Of a stretch of DNA of 64,000 nt, positions 22,450 to 32,200 are shown piece by piece. The position numbers were made by a program, and so were the translations under genes. The stretch covers positions 27,850-91,849 of the forward strand of contig JAZQWI010000011.1 in assembly GCA_045632245.1 (NCBI GenBank), in the 5' to 3' direction. Origin of the DNA: Faecousia sp. GTDB lineage: Bacteria; Bacillota; Clostridia; Oscillospirales; Oscillospiraceae. Every line of letters begins with the position of its first letter. Within the stretch, counting starts at the first letter, position 1. A model generated the notes under the pieces. That model was not told the origin of the DNA. It saw only the letters and a list, made by a program, of their open reading frames with translations, and made no database searches.

Positions 22450-23385
22450 GTGAACAACATCATATGTATCGCCGGACCTACCGCCTCCGGCAAAACCGCC
22501 TTAGCCGTGGAGCTGGCGAAGGAAGTAAACGGTGAGGTGATTTCCTGCGATTCCATGCAGGTCTACAAGTACATGGACATCGGCACCGCCAAGCCCACCG
22601 AAGAAGAAATGCAGGGAGTCCCCCACCACATGCTCAGCGTGGCAGAGCCTAATGAGGATTTCTCCGTCAGCCGCTACTGTGCCATGGCAACCCCTATCTT
22701 AGAGGACATTGTATCCCGCGGAAAAACTGCCATTATCGCCGGCGGCACGGGACTTTATATGGACAGCCTCATTCGCGGCAACGACTTTGCGCCCGTTCCC
22801 TCCACAGGCATGCGACAGCAACTGGTAGAAAGAGCTGATGCCGAAGGCATGGAAGCCATGCTCAGCTTACTGCAAAGCATTGACCCCAAAGCTGCGGCGC
22901 GGCTGCACTTGTCTGATCGGAAACGCATTATCCGCGCCTTGGAGGTGTACTACGAAACCGGCAGCACCATTACGGAGCATAACTTAAAAACCCAGCAAAT
23001 CCCACCGAAATTTCACGCGCTGTGGCTGGGTCTGGATTTTGAAAACCGCGCCGATTTATACGCGCGCATTGACCTTCGGGTAGATTTCATGCTGCAAGAC
23101 GGACTGATAGAAGAAATTCAGCGCCTTTTGGCTATGAAGATTCCGAAAACCTGCACCGCCATGCAAGCCATCGGCTATAAGGAATTCGTTTCCGCGCTGG
23201 ACGGTAACGGCACATTAGAAGATGCCGCAGCGCAAGTCAAGCAAGCCTCCCGCCACTATGCCAAACGGCAGCTGACATGGTTCCGACGCAACGAAAAAAT
23301 GCATTGGCTCACCATAACCCCCCAGCAGTCGAGGGAAGAAATTCTTTCCTGCGCGCGACAGATTCTTCGCAATTTCGACAAGTGA
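22450..23385 (+). CDS. miaA: tRNA dimethylallyltransferase
   Basis: [22 protein letters not shown]. Confidence 0.96.
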   Translation: MNNIICIAGPTASGKTALAVELAKEVNGEVISCDSMQVYKYMDIGTAKPTEEEMQGVPHHMLSVAEPNEDFSVSRYCAMATPILEDIVSRGKTAIIAGGTGLYMDSLIRGNDFAPVPSTGMRQQLVERADAEGMEAMLSLLQSIDPKAAARLHLSDRKRIIRALEVYYETGSTITEHNLKTQQIPPKFHALWLGLDFENRADLYARIDLRVDFMLQDGLIEEIQRLLAMKIPKTCTAMQAIGYKEFVSALDGNGTLEDAAAQVKQASRHYAKRQLTWFRRNEKMHWLTITPQQSREEILSCARQILRNFDK

Positions 23386-23429
23386 AAAATGTTAAGATGT
23401 GTGTATCCCAAAAGAAAGAAGGTATACAT

Positions 23430-23660
23430 ATGTCAGACGCCAACAATTTGCAGGAAGCCATTTTACAGGAAGTGCGCAAAGACAAAGTTCCTGTCACGCT
23501 CTTTTTAATGAACGGCTTTCAGCTTCGGGGAGTCATCACAGGCTACGACAGCTTTGTGGTGGTGCTGGTTTCCGACGGCAAGCAGCAGATGATTTACAAG
23601 CATGCCATCTCTACCCTTGCTCCCATGAAGCCTCTGAGGGCAGCAAGCCCCACTCCATAA
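23430..23660 (+). CDS. hfq: RNA chaperone Hfq
   Basis: NLQE...[10 protein letters not shown]...YKHAIST; follows miaA. Confidence 0.93.
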   Translation: MSDANNLQEAILQEVRKDKVPVTLFLMNGFQLRGVITGYDSFVVVLVSDGKQQMIYKHAISTLAPMKPLRAASPTP

Positions 23661-23732
23661 CCCCTGCAAAGGCGACGGTTTCCCCGTCGCCTATTTTATA
23701 TTATGTGCAGCCATATAGAAAGGAACATGCCT

Positions 23733-24440
23733 ATGCCCATTTCCGAAAATGTAGCGAAGATTCTTTCCGAAATTCGGAAAGCCGCCATCCAAGCGGGCAG
23801 AAACCCCGAAGAAATTCAGCTTTGCGCCGCCACCAAAACGAACGATACCGCAAAGGTGCGCGAAGCCATCCGCGCGGGCATCACTGTCTGCGGTGAAAAC
23901 AGAGTGCAGGAGCTGACGGAAAAGCTCAGCCAAAACGCCTACGAGGGTGCCGAGATTCACTTCATCGGCCGTCTGCAAACCAACAAGGTCAAGCAGGTGG
24001 TGGGCAAGGTCTCCTTAATCCAAAGCGTGGACAGAATGAATCTGCTGCAAGCTCTGCAAAAAGAGGCCGCCAAACAGGAGATTTGTCAGGATATTCTTCT
24101 GGAAGTGAACATCGGGCGGGAAGAAAGCAAAGGCGGCTTTGCCCCCGAAGAAATTCCCGAAATTGTGGATAAAATGGTGGATTTCCCCAACCTTCGCGTA
24201 GTAGGATTGATGGCAATTCCCCCCATTTCCCAAAATTCGGGAGATAATCTGAAATTTTTTCAAGAAATGTGCAAGCTTTCTGTTGACATAACGACAAAAA
24301 ACAGCGATAATGTATGTATCAAAATACTGTCTATGGGCATGTCCGACGACTTTGCCGATGCCATCGCCTGCGGCAGCACTATGGTGCGCGTGGGCACCGC
24401 CATTTTCGGCGCAAGGAACTACGGTCAGCCTCAAAAATAG
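23733..24440 (+). CDS. yggS: PLP homeostasis protein (YggS/YlmE)
   Basis: GENRVQE, HFIGRLQTNK, LSMGMS. Confidence 0.92.
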   Translation: MPISENVAKILSEIRKAAIQAGRNPEEIQLCAATKTNDTAKVREAIRAGITVCGENRVQELTEKLSQNAYEGAEIHFIGRLQTNKVKQVVGKVSLIQSVDRMNLLQALQKEAAKQEICQDILLEVNIGREESKGGFAPEEIPEIVDKMVDFPNLRVVGLMAIPPISQNSGDNLKFFQEMCKLSVDITTKNSDNVCIKILSMGMSDDFADAIACGSTMVRVGTAIFGARNYGQPQK

Positions 24441-24465
24441 CAGAAACATACAGGAGGAAATGAAA

Positions 24466-24960
24466 ATGAGCTTTTGGGATAATGTAAAGAAATTCACACA
24501 ACCCTATGCCGACGACGAATATGATGATTACGAAGAAGACGAGGTTGTCGAAGATGCTTTCGAGGATGAGTTGGAAACCCGTCCTGCCCGCGCGCGCCGC
24601 AGCTCTGCCTTCAACTTAAATTCTGACGAAGAACCCGCCCGTCCTGCCGCCAACAGTTTCAGCGGTCAGGTGGTTTCCATGGGCAGCAAGCAGGAAGTGG
24701 TTCTGTTCCACCCCGCCAACTTTAACGACACCTCCAAGGCAGCCGACGACCTGCGCAACAAGAGAGCTGTCATTGTGAATATGGAAAATGTAGACAAGGC
24801 TATGGCTCGCCGCGTGGTGGACTTCCTGTCCGGCTGCGCCTACGCTGTGGATGGCAAGGTTAAGAAGGTTGCCCAGTCTACCTATCTGTTCTGCCCCCAC
24901 AACATGGATGTAGTGGGCGATCTGGAAAACCTGCAAAGCGAGGTTGAGAGCTACATCTGA
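24466..24960 (+). CDS. sepF: Cell division protein SepF
   Basis: RRVVDFLSG motif; between yggS and divIVA. Confidence 0.9.
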   Translation: MSFWDNVKKFTQPYADDEYDDYEEDEVVEDAFEDELETRPARARRSSAFNLNSDEEPARPAANSFSGQVVSMGSKQEVVLFHPANFNDTSKAADDLRNKRAVIVNMENVDKAMARRVVDFLSGCAYAVDGKVKKVAQSTYLFCPHNMDVVGDLENLQSEVESYI

Positions 24961-24989
24961 GCGCTCCCGGAAAGGATAGAGAGAAAACT

Positions 24990-25685
24990 ATGTTAACACC
25001 GCAGCAAATCGAACAGATTTCCTTTAACCGCGCCACCTTCGGCGGGTACGATATGCAATCTGTTGACGAATTCTTGGAGCCTTTAACCGAGGATTACGTC
25101 ACCTTATATAAAGAAAACGCCCTGCTGAAAAGCAAAATGCGGGTTTTGGTCACCAAGCTGGAGGAATACCGCCAGAACGAGGCTTCCATGAAGGATGCCA
25201 TTGTCAACGCCCAAAAGACCTGCGATATGATGGTCAAGGAAGCAGAGGTCAAGTGCGCGCAAATGCTGTCTGACGCTAACTCCTTGGCATCGGAAAATAC
25301 CAAAAATGCCGATGCGCAAATCGAGCAGGAAAATGCCCGGGTGGAAGAAGCCCGTCAGGCTGCCAGCGCTAAGATTGAAAGCTTGGAAGCCGCTCTTCGC
25401 AGCTGTCTGGATGAATTGGTGCGGATTAAGGAAGAAAACCGCCCCGCGCAAAAAGCACCCGTCGCTGCCATCTACGATTTTGACAGTGAAGAAGCAGACG
25501 AAGAACCTTCCGTTGATCCCACCGATGCTATGGCCGAGGAAATTTCTTTGAATTTAGAAGCGCTGGTTGGTCCCACCGTGGAGGTTGCTCCCACCCCCGC
25601 GCCTCAGCACCCCGTAAATGAAACCACCACCAGCAAATTTACCAATTTACGGTTTGGTCCCAACTACGACCCGACTCATAAATAA
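24990..25685 (+). CDS. divIVA: DivIVA domain protein
   Basis: MLTP...GGYDMQSVDEFLE plus coiled coil. Confidence 0.85.
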   Translation: MLTPQQIEQISFNRATFGGYDMQSVDEFLEPLTEDYVTLYKENALLKSKMRVLVTKLEEYRQNEASMKDAIVNAQKTCDMMVKEAEVKCAQMLSDANSLASENTKNADAQIEQENARVEEARQAASAKIESLEAALRSCLDELVRIKEENRPAQKAPVAAIYDFDSEEADEEPSVDPTDAMAEEISLNLEALVGPTVEVAPTPAPQHPVNETTTSKFTNLRFGPNYDPTHK

Positions 25686-25699
25686 TTTTTGCATACAGA

Positions 25700-25947
25700 A
25701 AAAGCAATGACGAGGACACGTACCTCCTTCCCCCTATCCTCAGAGAGCTGCCGTTTGGTGAGAGGCAGCGTTAGGCAAGCAGGTATATCCCCTCCCAGCT
25801 GCGCACCCAAAGGCTTTGCCCAGTAGACTGCGCCGGATTCGCCCGTTATATGCGAAATCGAGTGCCGGAAATACCGGAACAAGAGTGGTACCGCAGAGGT
25901 TATTGTGCCTTTGTCTCTTTATTGAGACAAAGGCACTTTATTTTTTG
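25700..25947 (+). promoter_or_regulatory. T-box riboswitch (Ile)
   Basis: AGAGAG/GGTGAGA stem I motifs, ATC specifier near 25787, T-box AAGAGTGGTACCGC near 25881, terminator GTGCCTTTGTCTC/GAGACAAAGGCAC plus T-run, upstream of ileS. Confidence 0.9.
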
Positions 25948-25972
25948 ACAATACTATGGAGGTTATATTCCA

Positions 25973-28762
25973 ATGGATTATAAGAACTCAATTATCACCC
26001 CGAAAACCGATTTCCCCATGAAAGCCGGTCTGCCTGCCCGAGAGCCGGCCATGCTGCAACGCTGGCAGGAGCTGGATCTTTACAACGCCCTGCTGGAAAA
26101 GAATAAGGACTATCCTCCTTTCATTCTCCACGATGGCCCCCCCTTCTCCAATGGCTACATTCACATGGGGCACGCTCTGAACAAAACCTTGAAGGACTTT
26201 ATTGTTCGCAGCCAAGCCATGACGGGTCACTACACCCCTTATGTGCCCGGTTGGGATAATCACGGTCTGCCCATTGAGCGCGCCATTGAAAAATCCAAAA
26301 GCAAGCTCAACAAGGATATGTCCGTTCCCGAATTCCGCAAGGCCTGCGAGGATTTTGCCGAGGACTTCATCCAAAAGCAAATGGGCGGCTTCAAGCGTCT
26401 TGGCGTTGTGGGCGATTGGGAACATCCCTATCGCACCATGGATAAGCATTTTGAGGCACAGGAAGTCAAAGTCTTTGGCCGGATGTTCGACAAGGGCTAT
26501 ATCTATAAGGGCTTGAAGCCTGTCACTTGGTGCCCCTTCTGCGCCACCGCTGTGGCGGAAGCTGACATCGAATATCAGGACGATCCCTGTACTTCCGTCT
26601 ATGTAAAATTTGCCGTTAAAGACGATTTGGGCAAGCTGAGTGGCTTTGACCTGAGCAAGACCTACTTCGTCATTTGGACTACCACCATCTGGACTCTGCC
26701 GGGCAACATGGCGATCTGCCTGCATCCCAGAGATTCTTATGTGCTGGTAAAGCCCGACTACAGCGACGAAACTTTCATCGTAGCCGAAGCTCTGTGCGAA
26801 AAGGTTATGGGCATGGGTGGCTATACCAGCTATGAGATTTTAGCAACCTATCCCGGCGCTTTCTTTGAAAATATGCTGGCGCAGCATCCTTTCCTAGACA
26901 AAACCTCCCGTTTGGTTTACGCTGAATATGTCACCATGGATTCCGGTACCGGCTGTGTTCACACTGCCCCCGGCTTTGGCGCGGATGACTACCAGACCTG
27001 CATGCGCTACGGCATGGATTTGGTTGTGCCTGTGGACGACTACGGCCGCCATACCGACTATGCCGGAAAATATGCCGGCCTGAAAACCGAAGAGAGCAAC
27101 CCCATCATTTTGGCTGACATGAAAGAAAGCGGCGCGCTGTTTGCTTCTGAGGAAATTGTCCACTCCTACCCCCATCATGACCGCTGCAAGAAGCCCGTGA
27201 TCTTCCGCGCCCCTCCTCAGTGGTTCTGCTCTGTGGAATCCTTTAAGGATAAGGCTGTGGAAGCCATCGAAAATGTGCAGTGGTATCCCGCATGGGGCGG
27301 CGACCGCATGGTAAGCATGATTCGCGAACGCGCCGACTGGTGCATTTCCCGTCAGCGCCGCTGGGGTCTGCCCATTCCTGTGTTCTACTGCAAGGATTGC
27401 GGCAAGCCTGTTTCCAACCCCGATTCCATTGCCAAAATTTCCGCCCTGTTCGATGAGTACGGCTCTAACATCTGGTTTGAAAAGGATACTATGGAACTGA
27501 TTCCCGAAGGCTTCACCTGCCCCCACTGCGGCGGCAAGACCTTCGACAAGGAAACCGATACCTTGGACTGCTGGTTTGACTCCGGCTCTACTCACTTCGC
27601 ATCCTTAATGCACCGCACTCCCGAGCTGTGGCCTGCGGATGTCTATTTAGAGGGCGCTGACCAATACCGTGGCTGGTTCCAATCCTCCCTGCTGACTTCT
27701 GTGGGCGCATTGGATCAGGGCGCACCCTTTAAGCAGGTGCTGACTCACGGCTGGGTAGTAGACGGCCAAGGCCGCGCCATGCACAAGAGCTTGGGCAACG
27801 GTGTCGACCCCGCTGACCTGATCAAAGACTTCGGCGCGGACATCGTCCGCCTGTGGGCCGCCTCTTCCGACTACCATGCCGATGTGCGCTGCTCCACGGA
27901 AATTTTCAAGCAGATCGCCCAGAACTATCTGAAATTCCGTAATACTGCCCGCTACTGCTTGGGTAACCTCAACGAGTTTGACCCCAATCATTTGGTCGCA
28001 CCCGAGGACATGGAAAATCTGGATAAATGGGCGCTGACCAAGCTGAACAGCCTCATTTCCACTTGCCGTCAAGCTTACCGGAACTACGAGTTCCACATGG
28101 TCTCCCACGCCATCAACGACTTCTGCGTGGTAGAGCTGAGCAGCTTCTATCTGGATATTTTGAAGGATCGTCTGTACTGCGAAGAAAAGAACGGCCTGCG
28201 CCGTCAAAGCGCGCAAACCGCCCTGTATCTGATTTTGGATACTATGGCAAAGCTGTTCTCCCCCATTTTGGGCTTCACCTGCGACGAAATCTGGCAGGAA
28301 ATGCCCCACCGCAGCAGTGATGACGCCCGCAATGTCCTGCTGAATCAAATGCCCGAGGATGTGGCCGCTTACTGCCTGTCTGATGAAGCTATGGCAAAAT
28401 GGGATGTGGTGGTCAAGGTGCGGCAGGATGTCAACGGTGTACTGGAAAAGGCCCGCGCCGAAAAGCGTATCGGCAAGGCGCTGGAAGCCCATGTCACCTT
28501 GGCAACGGACAATGAAGCCATCAAGGCCGCCTGCGAAGGTGTGAATCTGGCAGAGATTTTCATTGTGTCCGACTGTACTTGGACGACGCCCGAGGAGGGC
28601 GCGGAGGTTGGCGCAGGTGTGAACTATCCTGAGCTGACTGTGGGTGTTTCCGAAGCCAAGGGTGAGAAGTGCCCCCGCTGCTGGATGCACTCCGTAAACG
28701 CCAACGCCGAGGGTCTTTGCCCCCGCTGCGCTGCCGTTGTGGCAAAATTAGAGATTGAATAA
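25973..28762 (+). CDS. ileS: Isoleucine--tRNA ligase
   Basis: HDGPP, HMGH, WCISRQR, AMHKS, C-terminal zinc finger. Confidence 0.97.
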   Translation: MDYKNSIITPKTDFPMKAGLPAREPAMLQRWQELDLYNALLEKNKDYPPFILHDGPPFSNGYIHMGHALNKTLKDFIVRSQAMTGHYTPYVPGWDNHGLPIERAIEKSKSKLNKDMSVPEFRKACEDFAEDFIQKQMGGFKRLGVVGDWEHPYRTMDKHFEAQEVKVFGRMFDKGYIYKGLKPVTWCPFCATAVAEADIEYQDDPCTSVYVKFAVKDDLGKLSGFDLSKTYFVIWTTTIWTLPGNMAICLHPRDSYVLVKPDYSDETFIVAEALCEKVMGMGGYTSYEILATYPGAFFENMLAQHPFLDKTSRLVYAEYVTMDSGTGCVHTAPGFGADDYQTCMRYGMDLVVPVDDYGRHTDYAGKYAGLKTEESNPIILADMKESGALFASEEIVHSYPHHDRCKKPVIFRAPPQWFCSVESFKDKAVEAIENVQWYPAWGGDRMVSMIRERADWCISRQRRWGLPIPVFYCKDCGKPVSNPDSIAKISALFDEYGSNIWFEKDTMELIPEGFTCPHCGGKTFDKETDTLDCWFDSGSTHFASLMHRTPELWPADVYLEGADQYRGWFQSSLLTSVGALDQGAPFKQVLTHGWVVDGQGRAMHKSLGNGVDPADLIKDFGADIVRLWAASSDYHADVRCSTEIFKQIAQNYLKFRNTARYCLGNLNEFDPNHLVAPEDMENLDKWALTKLNSLISTCRQAYRNYEFHMVSHAINDFCVVELSSFYLDILKDRLYCEEKNGLRRQSAQTALYLILDTMAKLFSPILGFTCDEIWQEMPHRSSDDARNVLLNQMPEDVAAYCLSDEAMAKWDVVVKVRQDVNGVLEKARAEKRIGKALEAHVTLATDNEAIKAACEGVNLAEIFIVSDCTWTTPEEGAEVGAGVNYPELTVGVSEAKGEKCPRCWMHSVNANAEGLCPRCAAVVAKLEIE

Positions 28763-28822
28763 TTCAGGTTTTGGCACAGGGCAAACGCCCTGTGCCTTTT
28801 TCCGGAAAATAAGAAAAAACAC

Positions 28823-28851
28823 TTGACAAACCCCATGCACACCGCTATAAT
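28823..28851 (+). promoter_or_regulatory. Sigma-A promoter of the tRNA pair
   Basis: TTGACA-N17-TATAAT. Confidence 0.85.
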
Positions 28852-28871
28852 AAGCGTGTTCTGTTTGAGCC

Positions 28872-28947
28872 GCCGGTATAGCTCAGTTGGTAGAGCAGCT
28901 GATTTGTAATCAGCAGGTCGGGGGTTCGAGTCCGTCTACCGGCTCCA
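28872..28947 (+). tRNA. tRNA-Thr(TGT)
   Basis: Cloverleaf GCCGGTA...TACCGGC-T-CCA; anticodon loop TTTGTAA. Confidence 0.96.
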
Positions 28948-28974
28948 TACAGGCGTCAACAGAATTGAATATTT

Positions 28975-29059
28975 GGGGGAGTTCCCGAGTGGCCAAAGGG
29001 GACAGACTGTAAATCTGCTGCGTATCGCTTCGATGGTTCGAATCCGTCCTCCCCCACCA
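28975..29059 (+). tRNA. tRNA-Tyr(GTA); probable prophage integration site
   Basis: Cloverleaf with long variable arm, loop CTGTAAA, CCA end. Confidence 0.96.
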
Positions 29060-29165
29060 ACAAGGAAAAGTCTTAGAGCCGCAACGGTTTTTAGGACTTT
29101 TCCTTTTTCGTTTTCTCTTTCTTCTCCGTTCAAAAATAGTCAATTTTAGGCAAAATAAATCAATC

Positions 29166-29187
29166 AAATGATGTCAAAATGATGTCA
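29166..29187. repeat. Tandem 11-bp direct repeat, probable integrase arm-type sites
   Basis: AAATGATGTCA twice, about 105 bp from the tRNA-Tyr 3' end. Confidence 0.55.
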
Positions 29188-29241
29188 GAAATCCCCCTCC
29201 CCAGTAAGTCCGGAGAGGGGGTTTCCTTTTTTATGCAATTT

Positions 29242-32200
29242 TTAATGCCACGGTGTATCCTTCAGGCCGCTTTCTGCGTATCCCTGCAGCAAATACAAGG
29301 TATCCTTCTGCTTTCTTGTGAAATCCATCTTATCAATTTCATTCACAATTTTCTTTTTCAGCGAGCCACTAACCGTATTCCCATCACGATCCTTGTCACC
29401 CGTCAAATCCTTGATGTTGTTCAGGAACCGGAAATACCAATAAGTCGTGATCCCTGAATCCAGCGCAGTCTTGTACTTCTTATAGGAACTTTCCGTCATC
29501 ATGGTTTCCAACGTCGCAGCCTTCATCTCATCGGACCAAACCGTGCCGGCCACTTCCATATACTTCTGCAAGTCGCTAACACGAACGCTATCCTCTTCCG
29601 GTTTAAGTCCTTCAATCTCCAGCGTCAGCTCGTAAGCCTTTTCCGGAAGAACGCCATTCTCCACAAGCTCAACATAATCCTCCAGTTTTACACCCGCAAC
29701 CTTCATCGTCAAAACCTGTGTTACCGGCAAACCCGTCTCAATGGCTGCACCCAAAGTTTTTATACTCTTAGAAACATCGTAGTCGTCAAAAACCCCTGCT
29801 TTCGCCAATTCGCTGGCGTAGTTATACAAAGCAGAAAGTATCTTGCTTTGGGTCTCTGCATCTGCCGCGTTGAACTCTGCTGAGTCAATCACATCATCCA
29901 GCACACCCTCCACATGACTACCCCAGATATTTTCATAGACCTGCTTCTGATAAGCATTAAGCTTGCGTTCCACCTTATCAATCGCCACTTCAGATGGTGC
30001 GCTTCCCGGTACCGCCACGGCATACCCTTTTTCATACAGTTCAGCGAGCGTTTCCGCTGTTTTCTCGGATTCTGACAGATTTCTCACACGCAAAATATCT
30101 GCCACCCGCATTACCAATGCGCCGCCGGCCAATCCGGAAAGACCGGTTTTTTCCGCTGTCGCAAACAAATCCTCATAAGCAGTAGCCAGTTCCGGACTAA
30201 CCCATTTCACCAACCCTAACAAATAGGTTTCCACATTCTTTACCGGCAATCCAGGGAAATACTGCGCCGCAGTTTCTGCTATTTCCTTTATGCCACCAAG
30301 TATATCATTTCCGTGTCGATTGAAATATTCCTCCACATCTCCACCGTTTTGATATACTTCATACGCTTCAGCTACCGTTTCTCGGATTCCGCCTCCTGCG
30401 TCCATGATGGCATTCAGCACAACGTTAAGCTGTTCCATACCCGGTGCTTCCAAGTCATACCATTTTTCGCCGGTGATGATATTACCTAACACGCCGGCAA
30501 TTTCCTCACCATACACAACGGTTCCAGCCATACTTGTCACCAAGTTCTGTGCCATTTCTCCGATGACGCTTTCCGCTGTCAACTCGCCCTCTTCATCTCT
30601 GTAATCTTTTCCCTTATACTTCCACAGAATATTGAGCAAACTGATACACTCAGCCCACGCAAGGCCACTGATAGCAGAGAGCACTGCCGCGCCCGCAGCT
30701 TTATTCGCTTTTCTCTGTGTTTGCTTATCCGCACCAGCTCTCTTATAATACCTTGCCTCACCGACTTTCTGCCGTATTGCATTATACGCCTGGGCAGAAT
30801 CAGAGCGAAACATAGTAAAGGCTCTCATAAACAAACCTTTATCCTTTCTTAGTGTGCTCTGATGAATTTCATCAGAAACAGATTGGCTCCTGCTTACGGC
30901 ATTCTCAAACAGCTCTGCTACCTTCTGATAATAAGCTTCCGTTCCTGATGTCAGTTCCGGGAAATCTCGCATAACCTTATTTTCTGCCCACGGCCACAAG
31001 ACGCTTGCCGCCCATCCGTCCATAGCAGTAATCGCGCCACCGCCAATAAAGAATTTAACCGTTTTATTGGTTTGCGTCCAATTCGGATTTTCCTTTAATT
31101 GCTTTGTCTCCGGGGTAGCATATCCCATGGTTCTCCATGCTAATTCTTGGGTATACTTCGCAATCAGTTCTCGATCTATGTTCTTCACCTGAGACGGTTT
31201 AGGGAAATTCACAAAATCCAGATAAGGCGCTGCCATAGGTATACTTCCGAGCTGTTTCAAAACAATACTTGGGTTTCCTCCAAACACGGCAGAAATATAG
31301 TTGCTCAACAGCTTTTCAACCCATACACTGCCTGCGCCCGTTTTCTTTGTTGTGCCCGCTTGTAAGTTTTCTATCAACTCTTCGATATATCTCTTTCCTT
31401 CATCTCCCCATTTGTGGGTGATCACATCGCCGGTGCTGTTATCTCTCTCCCGCCAATTTAGCAACGTTTGCCAGTTTCTGGCAGGAATAGCCATACCGCA
31501 GAATCGCGCCGTCTGCTCAACATGCCGCTCAAAGGCATCTATCGCGCTGATATTATAGCTTGGGTTCTTTGAATATGCCACGCGCCCCTTCATATGGCCT
31601 ACACCCTCTGCCGTGGCATCAAACACACCCAACTCAGACTTCGTATAATTCTGATTGGTATAAATCGGCGCATAGTTCTTTCCCATAGCCTTGTCATATC
31701 CGTAAAGAACATTTGACACTTTGTTAATTTCTTCTGTCGCAAACTGATTATAATACTTTTCGAGCACATCTGCCAACGCCTTTTCCTCTTCCGTCAGCTT
31801 GGACACAATTCCTTTAACCGTCTCCGGCGCCAAACGCACCGTCCTTCCTTGTGCCAATGCCTCTTGCCGTTTTCCTTCGCTATACAGCTTCTTATCAGCA
31901 AAAGTACGTCCTCCAACCATATGCCGAAGGTTGTCCACATTTTTGCTTTCAAGATACATATGCACCTTCTGCGCCGGAGTCATGTGGATTTTGATAGTAT
32001 CTCCGAAGATTGGCTTGTCCCCCTTGCCCAATTCCAACAGCTCGGGTACTTCCAGCTCATACCAAATACCACTCTTTCCCTGCCCGTCACATTTTTTTAC
32101 CCAGTCCTGATGTTCCTGCAGGAAAGTTTCCAACATCCGATTTGCCTTTACTGTGTACGCCCGAATATCCCGTTCTCCTCGCTCTAACTGTTTTGCCATG

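Noticed and set aside
27770-27800. IleRS AMHKS instead of KMSKS
   Set aside because: Judged an ordinary clostridial variant; nothing else suggests altered function
27647-28690. Long antisense ORFs over ileS (also over the RT, capsid and portal genes)
   Set aside because: Shadow frames of biased codon usage; no SD or recognisable motifs
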